Shown here: positions 39,767 to 48,939 of the stretch, piece by piece
How positions within the stretch are numbered: position 1 is the stretch's first letter
Layout of the letters: the number at the start of each line of letters is the position of its first letter
Source of the DNA: Pseudomonadota bacterium
GTDB lineage: Bacteria > Pseudomonadota > Alphaproteobacteria > Sphingomonadales > Sphingomonadaceae
NCBI GenBank assembly: GCA_039195235.1
Contig: JBCCVO010000001.1
Location: 20,933 to 84,932, forward strand
Reading direction: 5' to 3'
DNA: 64,000 bases
Position numbers and translations under genes: made by a program
The notes under the pieces: model-generated
What the model was told of the DNA's origin: nothing
What the model saw: only the letters and a program-made list of their open reading frames with translations
Database searches by the model: none

Positions 39767-40081
39767 TTACTCGTCTTTCTTGCCCGACCAAAGTTCGTCA
39801 CTGCGCGGAAGGCGGTTGTCGACCGATTCGTCATGCCCGGTTCCGTTTGACAGGAAAACCAGCCCCATCAGCCCACCTGCGAGCAGCATCGTAAAACTGA
39901 TCCCTAGCGCCACAGCGATATAAAAATGCACGGAAATCATGCCGTTAAAGAAGTAGAGCAGGCCGAGCGCCAAGGCGACAGTAAGCACCGTCACCGCCAT
40001 CAGCATTTTCATGATCTGACGATAGCGTGCCCAGGCATATGCCGCGTTTTCCGGATCATCGAGTGGGGATTTGTTGGCCAT
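39767..40081 (-). CDS. small membrane protein
   Basis: Two TM segments; LMGLVFLSNGTGHD. Confidence 0.75.
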   Translation of the reverse strand: MANKSPLDDPENAAYAWARYRQIMKMLMAVTVLTVALALGLLYFFNGMISVHFYIAVALGISFTMLLAGGLMGLVFLSNGTGHDESVDNRLPRSDELWSGKKDE

Positions 40082-40207
40082 TGACCACACATGCTCCCCG
40101 CAAAGGGGCTTTGCAATGGCAATGCAAGCACTTCAGGTTGCAACGAATGTGGATTCGCCTTTTCCGCGCTTCCATGGCACCTTTCTGTTTGAGAGAGGAG
40201 GCCCATC

Positions 40208-40639
40208 ATGACTATTGCCAAGATAATAACCGAGCGCTCTGTCGATGATATAATCTCATGCGATGTGGCAACTTCCGTTTCCGATGCCGTGCACATGTTG
40301 GCAGGCAAGCGAATCGGTGCGCTGCCGGTCCTGCGCGACGGCAAGATTGCCGGGATCATATCCGAACGCGACGTGATCTACCGACTTGCAGAAATGGGCG
40401 GTTCATGCCTTGATCGACCAGTCGAGGAAATCATGACCTCGCCTGCGGTAACGGTTGAGCCGAGTACCAAGATCGACGATGCGCTTGCCCTGATGACCAA
40501 GCGCCGGTTCCGCCATTTCCCGGTTGTAGCAAGCGGTGAATTGGTCGCATTCATCTCAATCGGTGATCTTGTGAAGAACAAGATCGACGAGATCGAGCAT
40601 GAGGCAGAGGCACTGCGCAGCTATATCCAGACAGCATAA
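40208..40639 (+). CDS. CBS-domain protein
   Basis: RIGALPV, GIISERD, RFRHFPVV, ISIGDLVK. Confidence 0.92.
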   Translation: MTIAKIITERSVDDIISCDVATSVSDAVHMLAGKRIGALPVLRDGKIAGIISERDVIYRLAEMGGSCLDRPVEEIMTSPAVTVEPSTKIDDALALMTKRRFRHFPVVASGELVAFISIGDLVKNKIDEIEHEAEALRSYIQTA

Positions 40640-40679
40640 GCTTGAGGATCGGCTCCGCGCTTACTAGATAGATTGTATC

Positions 40680-41009
40680 ATGTCCGAGATGCTGACCCTG
40701 ACCCCCGCTGCTGCAAAGCGCATTGCGCTTATCGCTGAGAAACAGACCAAGCCTGCAATCCTGCGACTTTCGGTCGAGGGTGGCGGCTGTTCGGGCTTTC
40801 AGTACAAGTTCGATCTGGCCGAAGCGCCCGATGGTGAAGATTCTGTAAGCGAGACGGATGGAGTGCAGCTTGTGGTCGATCCGATCAGCCTCGATCTCGT
40901 CGGCGGCAGCGTCGTCGATTTCGTCGAATCGCTGGGTGGGGCGGCTTTCCGGGTCGAAAACCCCAAGGCGGCGGCCGGGTGCGGCTGCGGATCGAGCTTC
41001 GGGATTTGA
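40680..41009 (+). CDS. erpA: A-type Fe-S insertion protein (ErpA-like)
   Basis: VEGGGCSGFQY, NPKAAAGCGCGSSF; adjacent to xth. Confidence 0.85.
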   Translation: MSEMLTLTPAAAKRIALIAEKQTKPAILRLSVEGGGCSGFQYKFDLAEAPDGEDSVSETDGVQLVVDPISLDLVGGSVVDFVESLGGAAFRVENPKAAAGCGCGSSFGI

Positions 41010-41083
41010 CTTTACCAGTCATGTGATCGGAGCCACCACGTGCCACAATGGACGTGGGCACATTCATGGGCCATGACGGCCGC

Positions 41084-41896
41084 ATGAAAATAGCCACCTA
41101 CAATATCAACGGAATCAAGGCGCGACTTCCGCGTTTGAAGGAATGGCTCGCCGAAACGCGGCCTTCCGTTGCCTGCCTGCAAGAGATCAAGAGCCAGGAC
41201 GAAGGCTTTCCCGCCTCCGAGTTCGAAGAGATCGGCTACCACCCGATCTGGCACGGACAAAAGAGCTTCAATGGGGTAGCCATCCTGACCGATGGCGAGG
41301 CGGGTTATGAGCCACCCAAGGAAATCCAGCGCGGGCTGGGCATTGATGGGCCGAAGGATGGCGAGGGAGAACAGTCGCGGTATCTTGAGGCGGACATCAT
41401 TCACAAGAATGGGGACACCGCGCGGATCGTGTGTATCTACCTGCCCAACGGCAATCCGCATCCGGGGCCGAAGTTCGACTACAAGCTCGCCTGGATGGAC
41501 AGGCTGCGTGCGCGGATGGGCGAAATCTGGGCCGAAGAAGTGCCTGCCGCCGTTCTGGGCGATTACAACGTGATTCCCGAGGATGACGACACCTATTCCG
41601 TCAAGGCGATGGCATCTGACGCCCTGATGCAGCCCGAATCGCGCGCGGCCTATGCAAGTCTACTCAGCGATGGCTGGACGGATGCGATGCGGACTCTCAA
41701 CCCGCGTGGCGGAGTCTGGACCTATTGGGACTACCAGGCAGGTGCATGGCAGCGCGATCATGGATTCCGCATCGACCACATCCTGCTTTCACCCGAACTG
41801 GCTGACAGGCTGATGGCTGTTGGTGTAGACCGAGAACATCGTGGGCGCGAGAAGGCCAGCGACCACGCGCCTGTCTGGACCTTGTTGAGGGACTAG
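41084..41896 (+). CDS. xth: exodeoxyribonuclease III
   Basis: ATYNING, CLQEIK, YLPNG, GDYN, RIDH, SDHAPV. Confidence 0.95.
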   Translation: MKIATYNINGIKARLPRLKEWLAETRPSVACLQEIKSQDEGFPASEFEEIGYHPIWHGQKSFNGVAILTDGEAGYEPPKEIQRGLGIDGPKDGEGEQSRYLEADIIHKNGDTARIVCIYLPNGNPHPGPKFDYKLAWMDRLRARMGEIWAEEVPAAVLGDYNVIPEDDDTYSVKAMASDALMQPESRAAYASLLSDGWTDAMRTLNPRGGVWTYWDYQAGAWQRDHGFRIDHILLSPELADRLMAVGVDREHRGREKASDHAPVWTLLRD

Positions 41897-41897
41897 C

Positions 41898-41988
41898 ACC
41901 CTACCGCGTACGCTCCGGGTATGCGATCCGACCGGTCAGGCCGGAAAGCCAAGCGGTCCGGATGGGTCGCGCCCTGCGCTTGTAGGGT
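41898..41988 (+). repeat. long imperfect palindrome between convergent xth and cell wall hydrolase genes
   Basis: Nested arms ACCCTAC/GTAGGGT, GCGTA/TGCGC, TGCGATCC/GGGTCGCG, GACCG/CGGTC. Confidence 0.55.
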
Positions 41989-42671
41989 CACCGATAGAAA
42001 ATATGAGTGTCGATTTGCGCGGTGCGGGTCTTCTTTCGGCTCCATTTCGGACGCACGTATGTCGCGTGGAAATACACTGCATCGGCAGCTTCGGATTCCC
42101 ACATCCCGTTGTGAGCGATCTTCGCAATTGCGCGGGCTCGTGCCCATGCAGCTGAATTCGTCTTAACCTGCGGCATGCGGCCGTTCTTTACAAATGAGAA
42201 CTGCGCGCGCTGATAGACCACCCCGCAATAGCTGGCAGGGAAGCGGCGATCTTCGGCGCGGTTGATGACGACACTGGCGACGGCAAGCTGCCCGGCGAGT
42301 GGCTCACCGCGCGATTCGAAATAGACCGCACTGGCAAGGCACTGCATCTGCTCGGTCATTTCTGCTTCGGCATCGACGACGCCGACCAGCTCGTGCAGCG
42401 ATTTCGCTTCGTAGGCGATTTCGGCTGCGTCGGATGCTTCATCCGCCTGCGGAAGAGGCTGCACCACTTCCTCGGATACGAACACTGGCTGCGTGGGAAC
42501 GATTTCAACCACTGCGTCAGTTTCCGTTTGAGCTTCGTTGGCTAGGGCAAGGGCCACCTCTTCGGTATCGGCCTCTTGCGCGAAAGCTCCGGCGCCATCG
42601 GCGCTCGAGAAGCTTAATCCGGCTATCGCGGCCACAGCGACAGCATTCAGTGAATAAGTCTTGCGACTCAT
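41988..42671 (-). CDS. SleB-family cell wall hydrolase
   Basis: CLASAVYFESRGE, VVINR, CGVVYQRAQFS, YFHA, HIFYR. Confidence 0.93.
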   Translation of the reverse strand: MSRKTYSLNAVAVAAIAGLSFSSADGAGAFAQEADTEEVALALANEAQTETDAVVEIVPTQPVFVSEEVVQPLPQADEASDAAEIAYEAKSLHELVGVVDAEAEMTEQMQCLASAVYFESRGEPLAGQLAVASVVINRAEDRRFPASYCGVVYQRAQFSFVKNGRMPQVKTNSAAWARARAIAKIAHNGMWESEAADAVYFHATYVRPKWSRKKTRTAQIDTHIFYR

Positions 42672-42873
42672 GATCTTTTCATTCTGTGCGGTGAGCGAGC
42701 TCAGACGCAGGCGCGAACCTGTTGCGATTTTTCGCGGACTTTTATGTGGGTTCGAATTTGCCTGCCGGCCGCCCCCCGTCTGCGTGCCAGTGGGTCGACC
42801 GTATTGCCGCACCCGCCAGCCTGCGCATCTGGAAGCTGGCGCGCCAAATAGTCACATCTGAAACTAAGTCAAG

Positions 42874-43209
42874 TTAACGGGGGAGATTGTCGACGAAGCG
42901 TTCCGTCTCGTCGATATCCACTTCAAGAATCCAGATGTCCGGATCCTGAGTGCGTCTGCGCTCCAGATACTCGGAAAATTCAAACGGTTTATCAGGGTCT
43001 TGTGCCTTGGTGACCACAAAAGATCGCGATCCGTCGAGCTGCGGCATTCTTTCGAGAAGTTGCGCGTTCTGGCCGCGATTCACGGTTACCAGCAAAATCG
43101 TGCCCGCATCGGCCTCACCTTTGGAAAGCACCATGGCAGAGCCGCCTTTGGCCTCCGCCAAACGGATGAAAGCACCCACTTCGAGGTGTGCGGGCAGCCG
43201 AGCGCTCAT
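42874..43209 (-). CDS. DUF1491-family protein
   Basis: VLSKGEADAGTI...RRRTQDPDIWILEVD. Confidence 0.85.
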   Translation of the reverse strand: MSARLPAHLEVGAFIRLAEAKGGSAMVLSKGEADAGTILLVTVNRGQNAQLLERMPQLDGSRSFVVTKAQDPDKPFEFSEYLERRRTQDPDIWILEVDIDETERFVDNLPR

Positions 43210-43212
43210 GCG

Positions 43213-43710
43213 TCAGACATCAGCCGAGGATTCGCTAGCGTCATATCCTTCAAGACTCGAAAGCGCGATCCGCGAGCGCATGAACGTGCCGGTTCCACGT
43301 CCGATTTCATCCCCTTCGGCATCAACCAGCCGCGATTCGGCCACGAACACCCGGCGTTTGCCGCTGACCCAGCGCCCGTCGGCCGTGACTTCGCCCGCGC
43401 GAACGGGCTTGGTAAAGTGAAGGTTGAAACTGGTGGTCAGCAGGAAACGATCGGTCGCTAACGTGTTCGCTGCATAAAACGCAGCATCGTCGAGCATCTT
43501 GAAATAGATCGTCCCATGGGCCGCGCCGGCAGCATGGTAGACTTCCTCATCGACAGTGAAGGTCAGGCGTGACTGGCCACGCCCCACAATCTCCAGCTTC
43601 GACGCGAATTTCCGATTCACCGGAGCCGAAGCGTAGAGCCGCTCCAGCGCACGGTGATGCAGATCGGCGCCAGCACTGTTGGCGGGATCGGCCGAATTGT
43701 CAGGCGGCAT
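43213..43710 (-). CDS. PaaI-family thioesterase
   Basis: HAAGAAHGTIYFKMLDDA. Confidence 0.88.
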   Translation of the reverse strand: MPPDNSADPANSAGADLHHRALERLYASAPVNRKFASKLEIVGRGQSRLTFTVDEEVYHAAGAAHGTIYFKMLDDAAFYAANTLATDRFLLTTSFNLHFTKPVRAGEVTADGRWVSGKRRVFVAESRLVDAEGDEIGRGTGTFMRSRIALSSLEGYDASESSADV

Positions 43711-44161
43711 CACGCAGGAACTGGTTTGTCAGGACCGCGTACAGAGCTTCTCTGTCAGGCGCGTCGAACATTTGTTGAAGCATTGCCTCATCTCGCGTTG
43801 GGCGTGATATCGCGGCCAGCGCGTGAAGATGCGTCGCCCCGGCATTCTCGGGTGAGACAAGGCCGAAGATAAGCGAAACAGGCATGGCGTCAGCGGCTGC
43901 AAAATCGACAGGTTGTTCGAGTTTGAGCAGAACGCCAATCGGACGCTTCACATCCGCACTGCGACAATGCGGGATCGCGACGCCACGACCAAATCCGGTC
44001 GAGCCGAGCGCTTCGCGTTGTTCAAGACCTTCGAGCACAGCGTCTTCATCAAGCCCGTAAACTTCCGCAAATTTCTGCGAAAGCTGGGTGAGAACCTCAC
44101 GCTTCGTATCGATCCGAGTCAGAGCGACGGCTTCAGGCAGCATTCTAAAATTGACGTTCAT
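43700..44161 (-). CDS. ptsN: PTS IIA(Ntr)
   Basis: REALGSTGFGRGVAIPH; follows hpf. Confidence 0.9.
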   Translation of the reverse strand: MNVNFRMLPEAVALTRIDTKREVLTQLSQKFAEVYGLDEDAVLEGLEQREALGSTGFGRGVAIPHCRSADVKRPIGVLLKLEQPVDFAAADAMPVSLIFGLVSPENAGATHLHALAAISRPTRDEAMLQQMFDAPDREALYAVLTNQFLRDAA

Positions 44162-44312
44162 TATGAATTCGAAATCCCGTTACGAGCTATGTAGGCTCAC
44201 GTTCCAGCGAGCGCCGCATGCGGGGATACGCGGCTGCTCTTGGATATTCGTGAGTTAGACCTATGTCGTTACCGTTCAACTGTGTGTCAAAAAAACGGCG
44301 CTTTTTGTGGTC

Positions 44313-44876
44313 CTAATGAGGCTCAACCCATCCGATCGATCCATCGGCGCGGCGATAAACCATATTATGCCTGCCAGTTCCAGCATTTTTGAAAAACAGC
44401 GCATTGGTGTCACGCAGATCGAGCTGCATCACCGCATCGGCAACGCTGCTGTTAGGAATGTCGATACTGGTTTCAGCAATGACCGGTGGGGCCTCCTCCG
44501 TCAGTTCCTCAGCATCATCGTCCGCAGCGAAGATCGTGTAGGCGGCCTCTTCCTCAGCGCGGGCAAACGTGGCTTGTTCGTGATGGTCCTTGAGCCGCCG
44601 TTTGTGACGTCGCAACTGCTTTTCGATCTTGCTGGCTGCGTTATCAAGCGCGACATGCGCATCATGTGCCTCGCCCTGTGCCTTCAGGATCAGCCCTTGC
44701 TTTACATGGGTCACGATGTCGCAGGTAAACGCCCCGGCACCGCCTTTCCCGAAGGTGACATGCGACGTTAAAGCGCGGTCAAAATACTTTTCGACGATAT
44801 CATCCAAACGGTCGGCCGCGTGTTCCTGCAAAGCGGCACCTGTCTCCACCTGGTGTCCCGAAACCCGGATATCCAT
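44313..44876 (-). CDS. hpf: ribosome hibernation promoting factor (long HPF)
   Basis: MDIRVSG, KIEKQLRRHKRRL, NMVYRRADGSIGW. Confidence 0.93.
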   Translation of the reverse strand: MDIRVSGHQVETGAALQEHAADRLDDIVEKYFDRALTSHVTFGKGGAGAFTCDIVTHVKQGLILKAQGEAHDAHVALDNAASKIEKQLRRHKRRLKDHHEQATFARAEEEAAYTIFAADDDAEELTEEAPPVIAETSIDIPNSSVADAVMQLDLRDTNALFFKNAGTGRHNMVYRRADGSIGWVEPH

Positions 44877-44932
44877 TGTCGCCTTGCCTCCTACGTCGGT
44901 GTTGACTGACTGTACGCGCGAGGCGCGGACAA

Positions 44933-45637
44933 TCAGCGCGCCCAGATCGAGTTTTCGATCCCGGACATGAATTCCTGGTGCCGCGCAAGCTCCTCCGGCA
45001 GAGGTGCATGCGGGCGCGGTTCACGGCATGGGCGGCCTGTCGCTTTTGGCCGCGAACCATTGGCATTACCAACTCGCTCGCCCTGTGCCGCTGCGGCTTC
45101 TGCTGCAGCGAGTTCCAACCCGATCTGTCGTCCACCAGTCAGTTCGACATAAACCTGCGCCAGCAATTCTGCATCGAGCAGCGCGCCATGCTTCACCCGA
45201 TGGCTGCGATCGATCCCGTAGCGCGTGCACAGCGCATCAAGCGAGAGCTTCGCGCCGGGATGCCGCTTGCGTGCGAGGGCAACTGTGTCAATCATCCGAT
45301 CCATGCCCACTGGCTCACGGCCAATCCGCTCCAATTCTGCGTTGAGAAACCCAAAATCGAACCCGGCATTGTGCGCCACCAGCGGGGCGTCACCAATAAA
45401 GTTGATCAGCTCATGCGCAATATCGACAAACAACGGCTTGCCTGAAAGGAAACTCGATGAAAGCCCATGCACCGCTTCTGCCGCGGCAGGCATGTCACGC
45501 TGAGGGTTATAATAGGCGTGGTAGGTTTCACCGGTTGCAACCCGGCCAACCATTTCGACACATCCTATTTCTACCATCCGGTCCCCTGTTTTGGGGTCTA
45601 GTCCGGTGGTTTCAGTGTCAAAAATGATTTCCCGCAT
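44933..45637 (-). CDS. dnaQ: DNA polymerase III epsilon subunit
   Basis: FDTETTG, HNAGFD, HGALLDAELL, GGRQ. Confidence 0.96.
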   Translation of the reverse strand: MREIIFDTETTGLDPKTGDRMVEIGCVEMVGRVATGETYHAYYNPQRDMPAAAEAVHGLSSSFLSGKPLFVDIAHELINFIGDAPLVAHNAGFDFGFLNAELERIGREPVGMDRMIDTVALARKRHPGAKLSLDALCTRYGIDRSHRVKHGALLDAELLAQVYVELTGGRQIGLELAAAEAAAAQGERVGNANGSRPKATGRPCREPRPHAPLPEELARHQEFMSGIENSIWAR

Positions 45638-45697
45638 TGAAGGCACTATCAACCCAAGCGGTCGATTTCGCAAGAGGCTGGATGTACCGGATCGGAG

Positions 45698-46309
45698 CTA
45701 TCCTTGCGTTCCGGTCAATTTGGCGATCAGGGCCGCGACCTGTGCCTCGGTTTCTTCAAGCGTGGTGCCAGTTTGGATAATGTGATCGGCGCGTTCGCGT
45801 TTTTCGGCATCGGGCACTTGCAGTTCGAGAATGTGATCGAATTTCTCGACTGTCATGCCGGGCCGGGCAAGGACGCGTTCGCGCTGAATCTCCGCGGGGG
45901 CGGAGACAACGACGGTTGCATCAAGCGTTTCGTGTCCGCCGCGTTCGAACAGCAAGGGAATATCGAACACCAGCACCGGTGCCTCTGCATTGTCAGCCAG
46001 GAATTGCGCCCTGTTCGCACCGACAGCGGGGTGAACAATTGCTTCGAGGCGTTGTAAAGCATCCTTATCGGCAAACACCTGCTTGCCCAAGGCATCGCGA
46101 TCGACCCCGGCTGGCCCGGTCGATCCAGGAAATGTCGCTTCGATAGCGGGCAGCAACGCGCCGCCTGGACCCTGCATGGCGCGCACTTCAGCGTCAGCGT
46201 CAAACACCGGAATACCGGCACGCTCGAACATATCGGCGACCGTGGACTTGCCCATTCCGATTGAGCCGGTGAGGCCAATCATTAATGGTTTGTTCTCTTG
46301 CTTGCTCAT
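45698..46309 (-). CDS. coaE: dephospho-CoA kinase
   Basis: GLTGSIGMGKST, LEAIVHP, DIPLLFE. Confidence 0.96.
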   Translation of the reverse strand: MSKQENKPLMIGLTGSIGMGKSTVADMFERAGIPVFDADAEVRAMQGPGGALLPAIEATFPGSTGPAGVDRDALGKQVFADKDALQRLEAIVHPAVGANRAQFLADNAEAPVLVFDIPLLFERGGHETLDATVVVSAPAEIQRERVLARPGMTVEKFDHILELQVPDAEKRERADHIIQTGTTLEETEAQVAALIAKLTGTQG

Positions 46310-47175
46310 CCGCGCAGGATCTCCAGCAATTCTGCATCGAACTCGCGCGGAGGGGTTTCGCCGAAGAACTTCTCGAACGAGACCGCCGCCTGTCCAACGA
46401 GCATGGAGAGGCCGCCAATGGTCGAGAAACCGGCCCCACGCGCTTTTTTGAGGAACGGTGTCTCCAGTGGATCGGTGACGATGTCGTAGGCGATGCTGCC
46501 AGGTGGGGCGTGGCTCCAGTCGAAAGCGAGGGCAGGGCTCCCGCGCATTCCCAAGGGCGATGCGTTAACGACCAAGTCCAGGCACCCCTCGCGATCATCA
46601 AAAGCGAAGTCAGTGGCTTCAGCAAAGTGAGTCAGGGGGGCAGTGTGGTGCTCGCCGTCGGCAGCCAGCTCATCCAGCAGCGCGCGAGCTTTCGCTTCGT
46701 TACGGCCTGCCACTACGAGGGTGAAGTTGTGTTGTGCCAACGCGGCGATGATGGCCCGCGCTGCTCCGCCCGTTCCAATAATCCGCGCCATGCGGAACAA
46801 GTGATCGCCTTTGAGTGCGTCGGTAAGCGGCTCAAGAAAACCCGGCGCATCGGTGTTGGCGCCGATCAAAGCGCCTGCGCCATCGCGATAGACGGTGTTG
46901 ACTGCACCGACCGCTGCGGCGTCCGACTCCACATGATCGAGCAGCGGGATTGCCGCCCGTTTCAGTGGCATGGTGATATTGCATCCACGCCAATAATGAT
47001 CGCCCCGGCGCTCATCGAAGTACCTTTCAAGGCCGTCTGGCGTGACACGTTTGGAACCATAGCGCGCCGCAATTCCCAGTCGAGTGAGCCAGAATCCGTG
47101 GATCAGCGGAGATTTCGACTGGCTGATCGGATCGCCGATCACCTCGGCATAGAGCATGGATGCCTCATCGCTCAT
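46306..47175 (-). CDS. aroE: shikimate dehydrogenase
   Basis: GDPISQSKSP, GCNITMPLK, GAVNT, NTD, GTGGAARA. Confidence 0.95.
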   Translation of the reverse strand: MSDEASMLYAEVIGDPISQSKSPLIHGFWLTRLGIAARYGSKRVTPDGLERYFDERRGDHYWRGCNITMPLKRAAIPLLDHVESDAAAVGAVNTVYRDGAGALIGANTDAPGFLEPLTDALKGDHLFRMARIIGTGGAARAIIAALAQHNFTLVVAGRNEAKARALLDELAADGEHHTAPLTHFAEATDFAFDDREGCLDLVVNASPLGMRGSPALAFDWSHAPPGSIAYDIVTDPLETPFLKKARGAGFSTIGGLSMLVGQAAVSFEKFFGETPPREFDAELLEILRG

Positions 47176-47768
47176 GCAAGCAGCATCCCCTGTTCGCGAA
47201 GCGCGCCTAGCAGAGGTAGCAATGGCATGCCGAGCACTGTGAACTGGTCACCCTCTATGCTTTCGAACAGCTGTACACCCATCGCCTCGATCCGAAACAC
47301 GCCGACAGTAAAGCCGACCTCGGGCCATTCGCGCTCGAGATAGTGATCGATAAATGCGTCGGAGAGTTCGCGGACATGCAGGGAAGCGATGCTGGCTTGG
47401 CTCCACTCACAAGTGTCGTCGCGGACCAGCGCAGCGGCGCTATGCAGTTCGAGAGACTTGCCGGAGAAGAAACGCAAATGTTCAGCGGCGTTGCGGCGTG
47501 AACTGGGCTTGTTGAACCGCTGCCCCTCGACAACCACGAGTGAATCGCTGCCCAGCACCAGTGCATCGGGATATACGGTCGCAAGAGCTGCGGCCTTGGC
47601 GACACTCAGTGCTTCGGCAACTTCAGGCGGAGTGGCGCCTGCAAGACCTTCCTCAATAGCCCGCTCATCAATATCCGCAGGGATCGCCTCATAGAAGACG
47701 CCCGCCGCATCAAGCATCATGCGGCGCGAGGCCGATTTGGAAGCCAGGATCAGACGCGGCGTACTCAT
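47172..47768 (-). CDS. maf: Maf-family nucleotide pyrophosphatase
   Basis: LILASKSASRR, IDE, VLGSDS, LGMPL. Confidence 0.92.
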   Translation of the reverse strand: MSTPRLILASKSASRRMMLDAAGVFYEAIPADIDERAIEEGLAGATPPEVAEALSVAKAAALATVYPDALVLGSDSLVVVEGQRFNKPSSRRNAAEHLRFFSGKSLELHSAAALVRDDTCEWSQASIASLHVRELSDAFIDHYLEREWPEVGFTVGVFRIEAMGVQLFESIEGDQFTVLGMPLLPLLGALREQGMLLA

Positions 47769-48610
47769 ATCGGTTTCGAAACTCCATCAACCGGCTTGTC
47801 ACGACGCTCGCGTTCCTGCGCCAGCCGGATGATCGCTGCTGCGCTTTCCTCAATCGAGCGGCGAGTCACATCGATCACCGGCCAGCCATTGTCGGCAAAC
47901 ATCCGGCGGGCGAATTGCAGCTCACTCTTCACCCGCTCATTGTCGACATAGGACGTCTCAGTGCCCTCATTGAGCGACAACAGCCGGTTGCGGCGAATCT
48001 GCACCAAGCGCTCAGGCGCGGTTGTCAGGCCCACAACCAGAGGGTGACGCAGTCCGAATAGGGCCTTTGGAGGAGGACTTTCGACTACGAGTGGAATGTT
48101 GGCGGTCTTGTATCCGCGATTGGCGAGATAAATGCTGGTTGGGGTTTTTGATGTGCGCGAAACCCCTGCGAGGAGAATATCCGCCTCTTCCCAGTCTTCG
48201 TGACCAACCCCGTCATCATGTGCAATCGTGTACTGGATCGCGTCCACCCGCTTGAAATAATCGGCGTCCATGGAATGTTGACGACCAGGACGACCATGCG
48301 CCTCCTGCCCCAGCTGCGCTTCAAGGGCAGCGGTCACGCCGTCGAGCACCGGAACGGCGGGGAGGCCAAGATGGCGACAATGCTCCTCCAGCCGCGATCT
48401 TGTATCGGGATTGACGAGCGTGAACAGCACCAACCCCGGATTGTCAGCGAGATCGGGAACAATCCGGTCGAGATGCTGGCGCGAGCGTACCATCGGCCAG
48501 AAATGCCGGCTAACCGTCGGATCGTCGAATTGCGCCAGCGCCGCTTTCGCAATCATTTCAAGTGTCTCGCCCGTTGAATCCGAGACAAGGTGCAGATTCA
48601 GGCGAGTCAT
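47765..48610 (-). CDS. ppsR: pyruvate,water dikinase regulatory protein (DUF299)
   Basis: HLVSDSTGET, HDDG, GVSRTSKTP, IDVTRRSIEE. Confidence 0.93.
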   Translation of the reverse strand: MTRLNLHLVSDSTGETLEMIAKAALAQFDDPTVSRHFWPMVRSRQHLDRIVPDLADNPGLVLFTLVNPDTRSRLEEHCRHLGLPAVPVLDGVTAALEAQLGQEAHGRPGRQHSMDADYFKRVDAIQYTIAHDDGVGHEDWEEADILLAGVSRTSKTPTSIYLANRGYKTANIPLVVESPPPKALFGLRHPLVVGLTTAPERLVQIRRNRLLSLNEGTETSYVDNERVKSELQFARRMFADNGWPVIDVTRRSIEESAAAIIRLAQERERRDKPVDGVSKPI

Positions 48611-48939
48611 GAAAGGTCCGGTACGGTTTCGATCGACTTGTGGATAGAACCCAGCATAAACCACGGGAGAGAATGGTCGACAAGCAGGGGATGCAATTTC
48701 CTCCTCGTTCGCGGGTATTTGCTCTGGGTATTTTTCACCACAGGACAGCGTCTTTCGACAGGCTGGGGAGAGCGGGGATAGTTCGTGCTTGACTGCGCAG
48801 GATCGCAGATTCGCACCCTTATTCAGGGCTGTTCAGCTCAGGAGAAATCGGGCAGTAGCCGGGAATTCCCGCTATCCACAGGGCCAACAGTCTCCATCAA
48901 ACCTTTTAATAAATATTAATATTTGATTAGAGGAGCGCC
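48611..48939. other. oriC: probable chromosomal replication origin oriC
   Basis: Non-coding gap between ppsR and hemE (usual alphaproteobacterial position); DnaA-type boxes TGTGGATAG 48639-48647 and CTATCCACA 48872-48880; AT-rich tract 48904-48928; parS/parAB nearby. Confidence 0.85.

Noticed and set aside
41898-41988. SRP 4.5S RNA (ffs)
   Set aside because: Apex lacks the CAGG-NCC-GNRA-GG-AAGCAG symmetric loop and there is no room for a promoter
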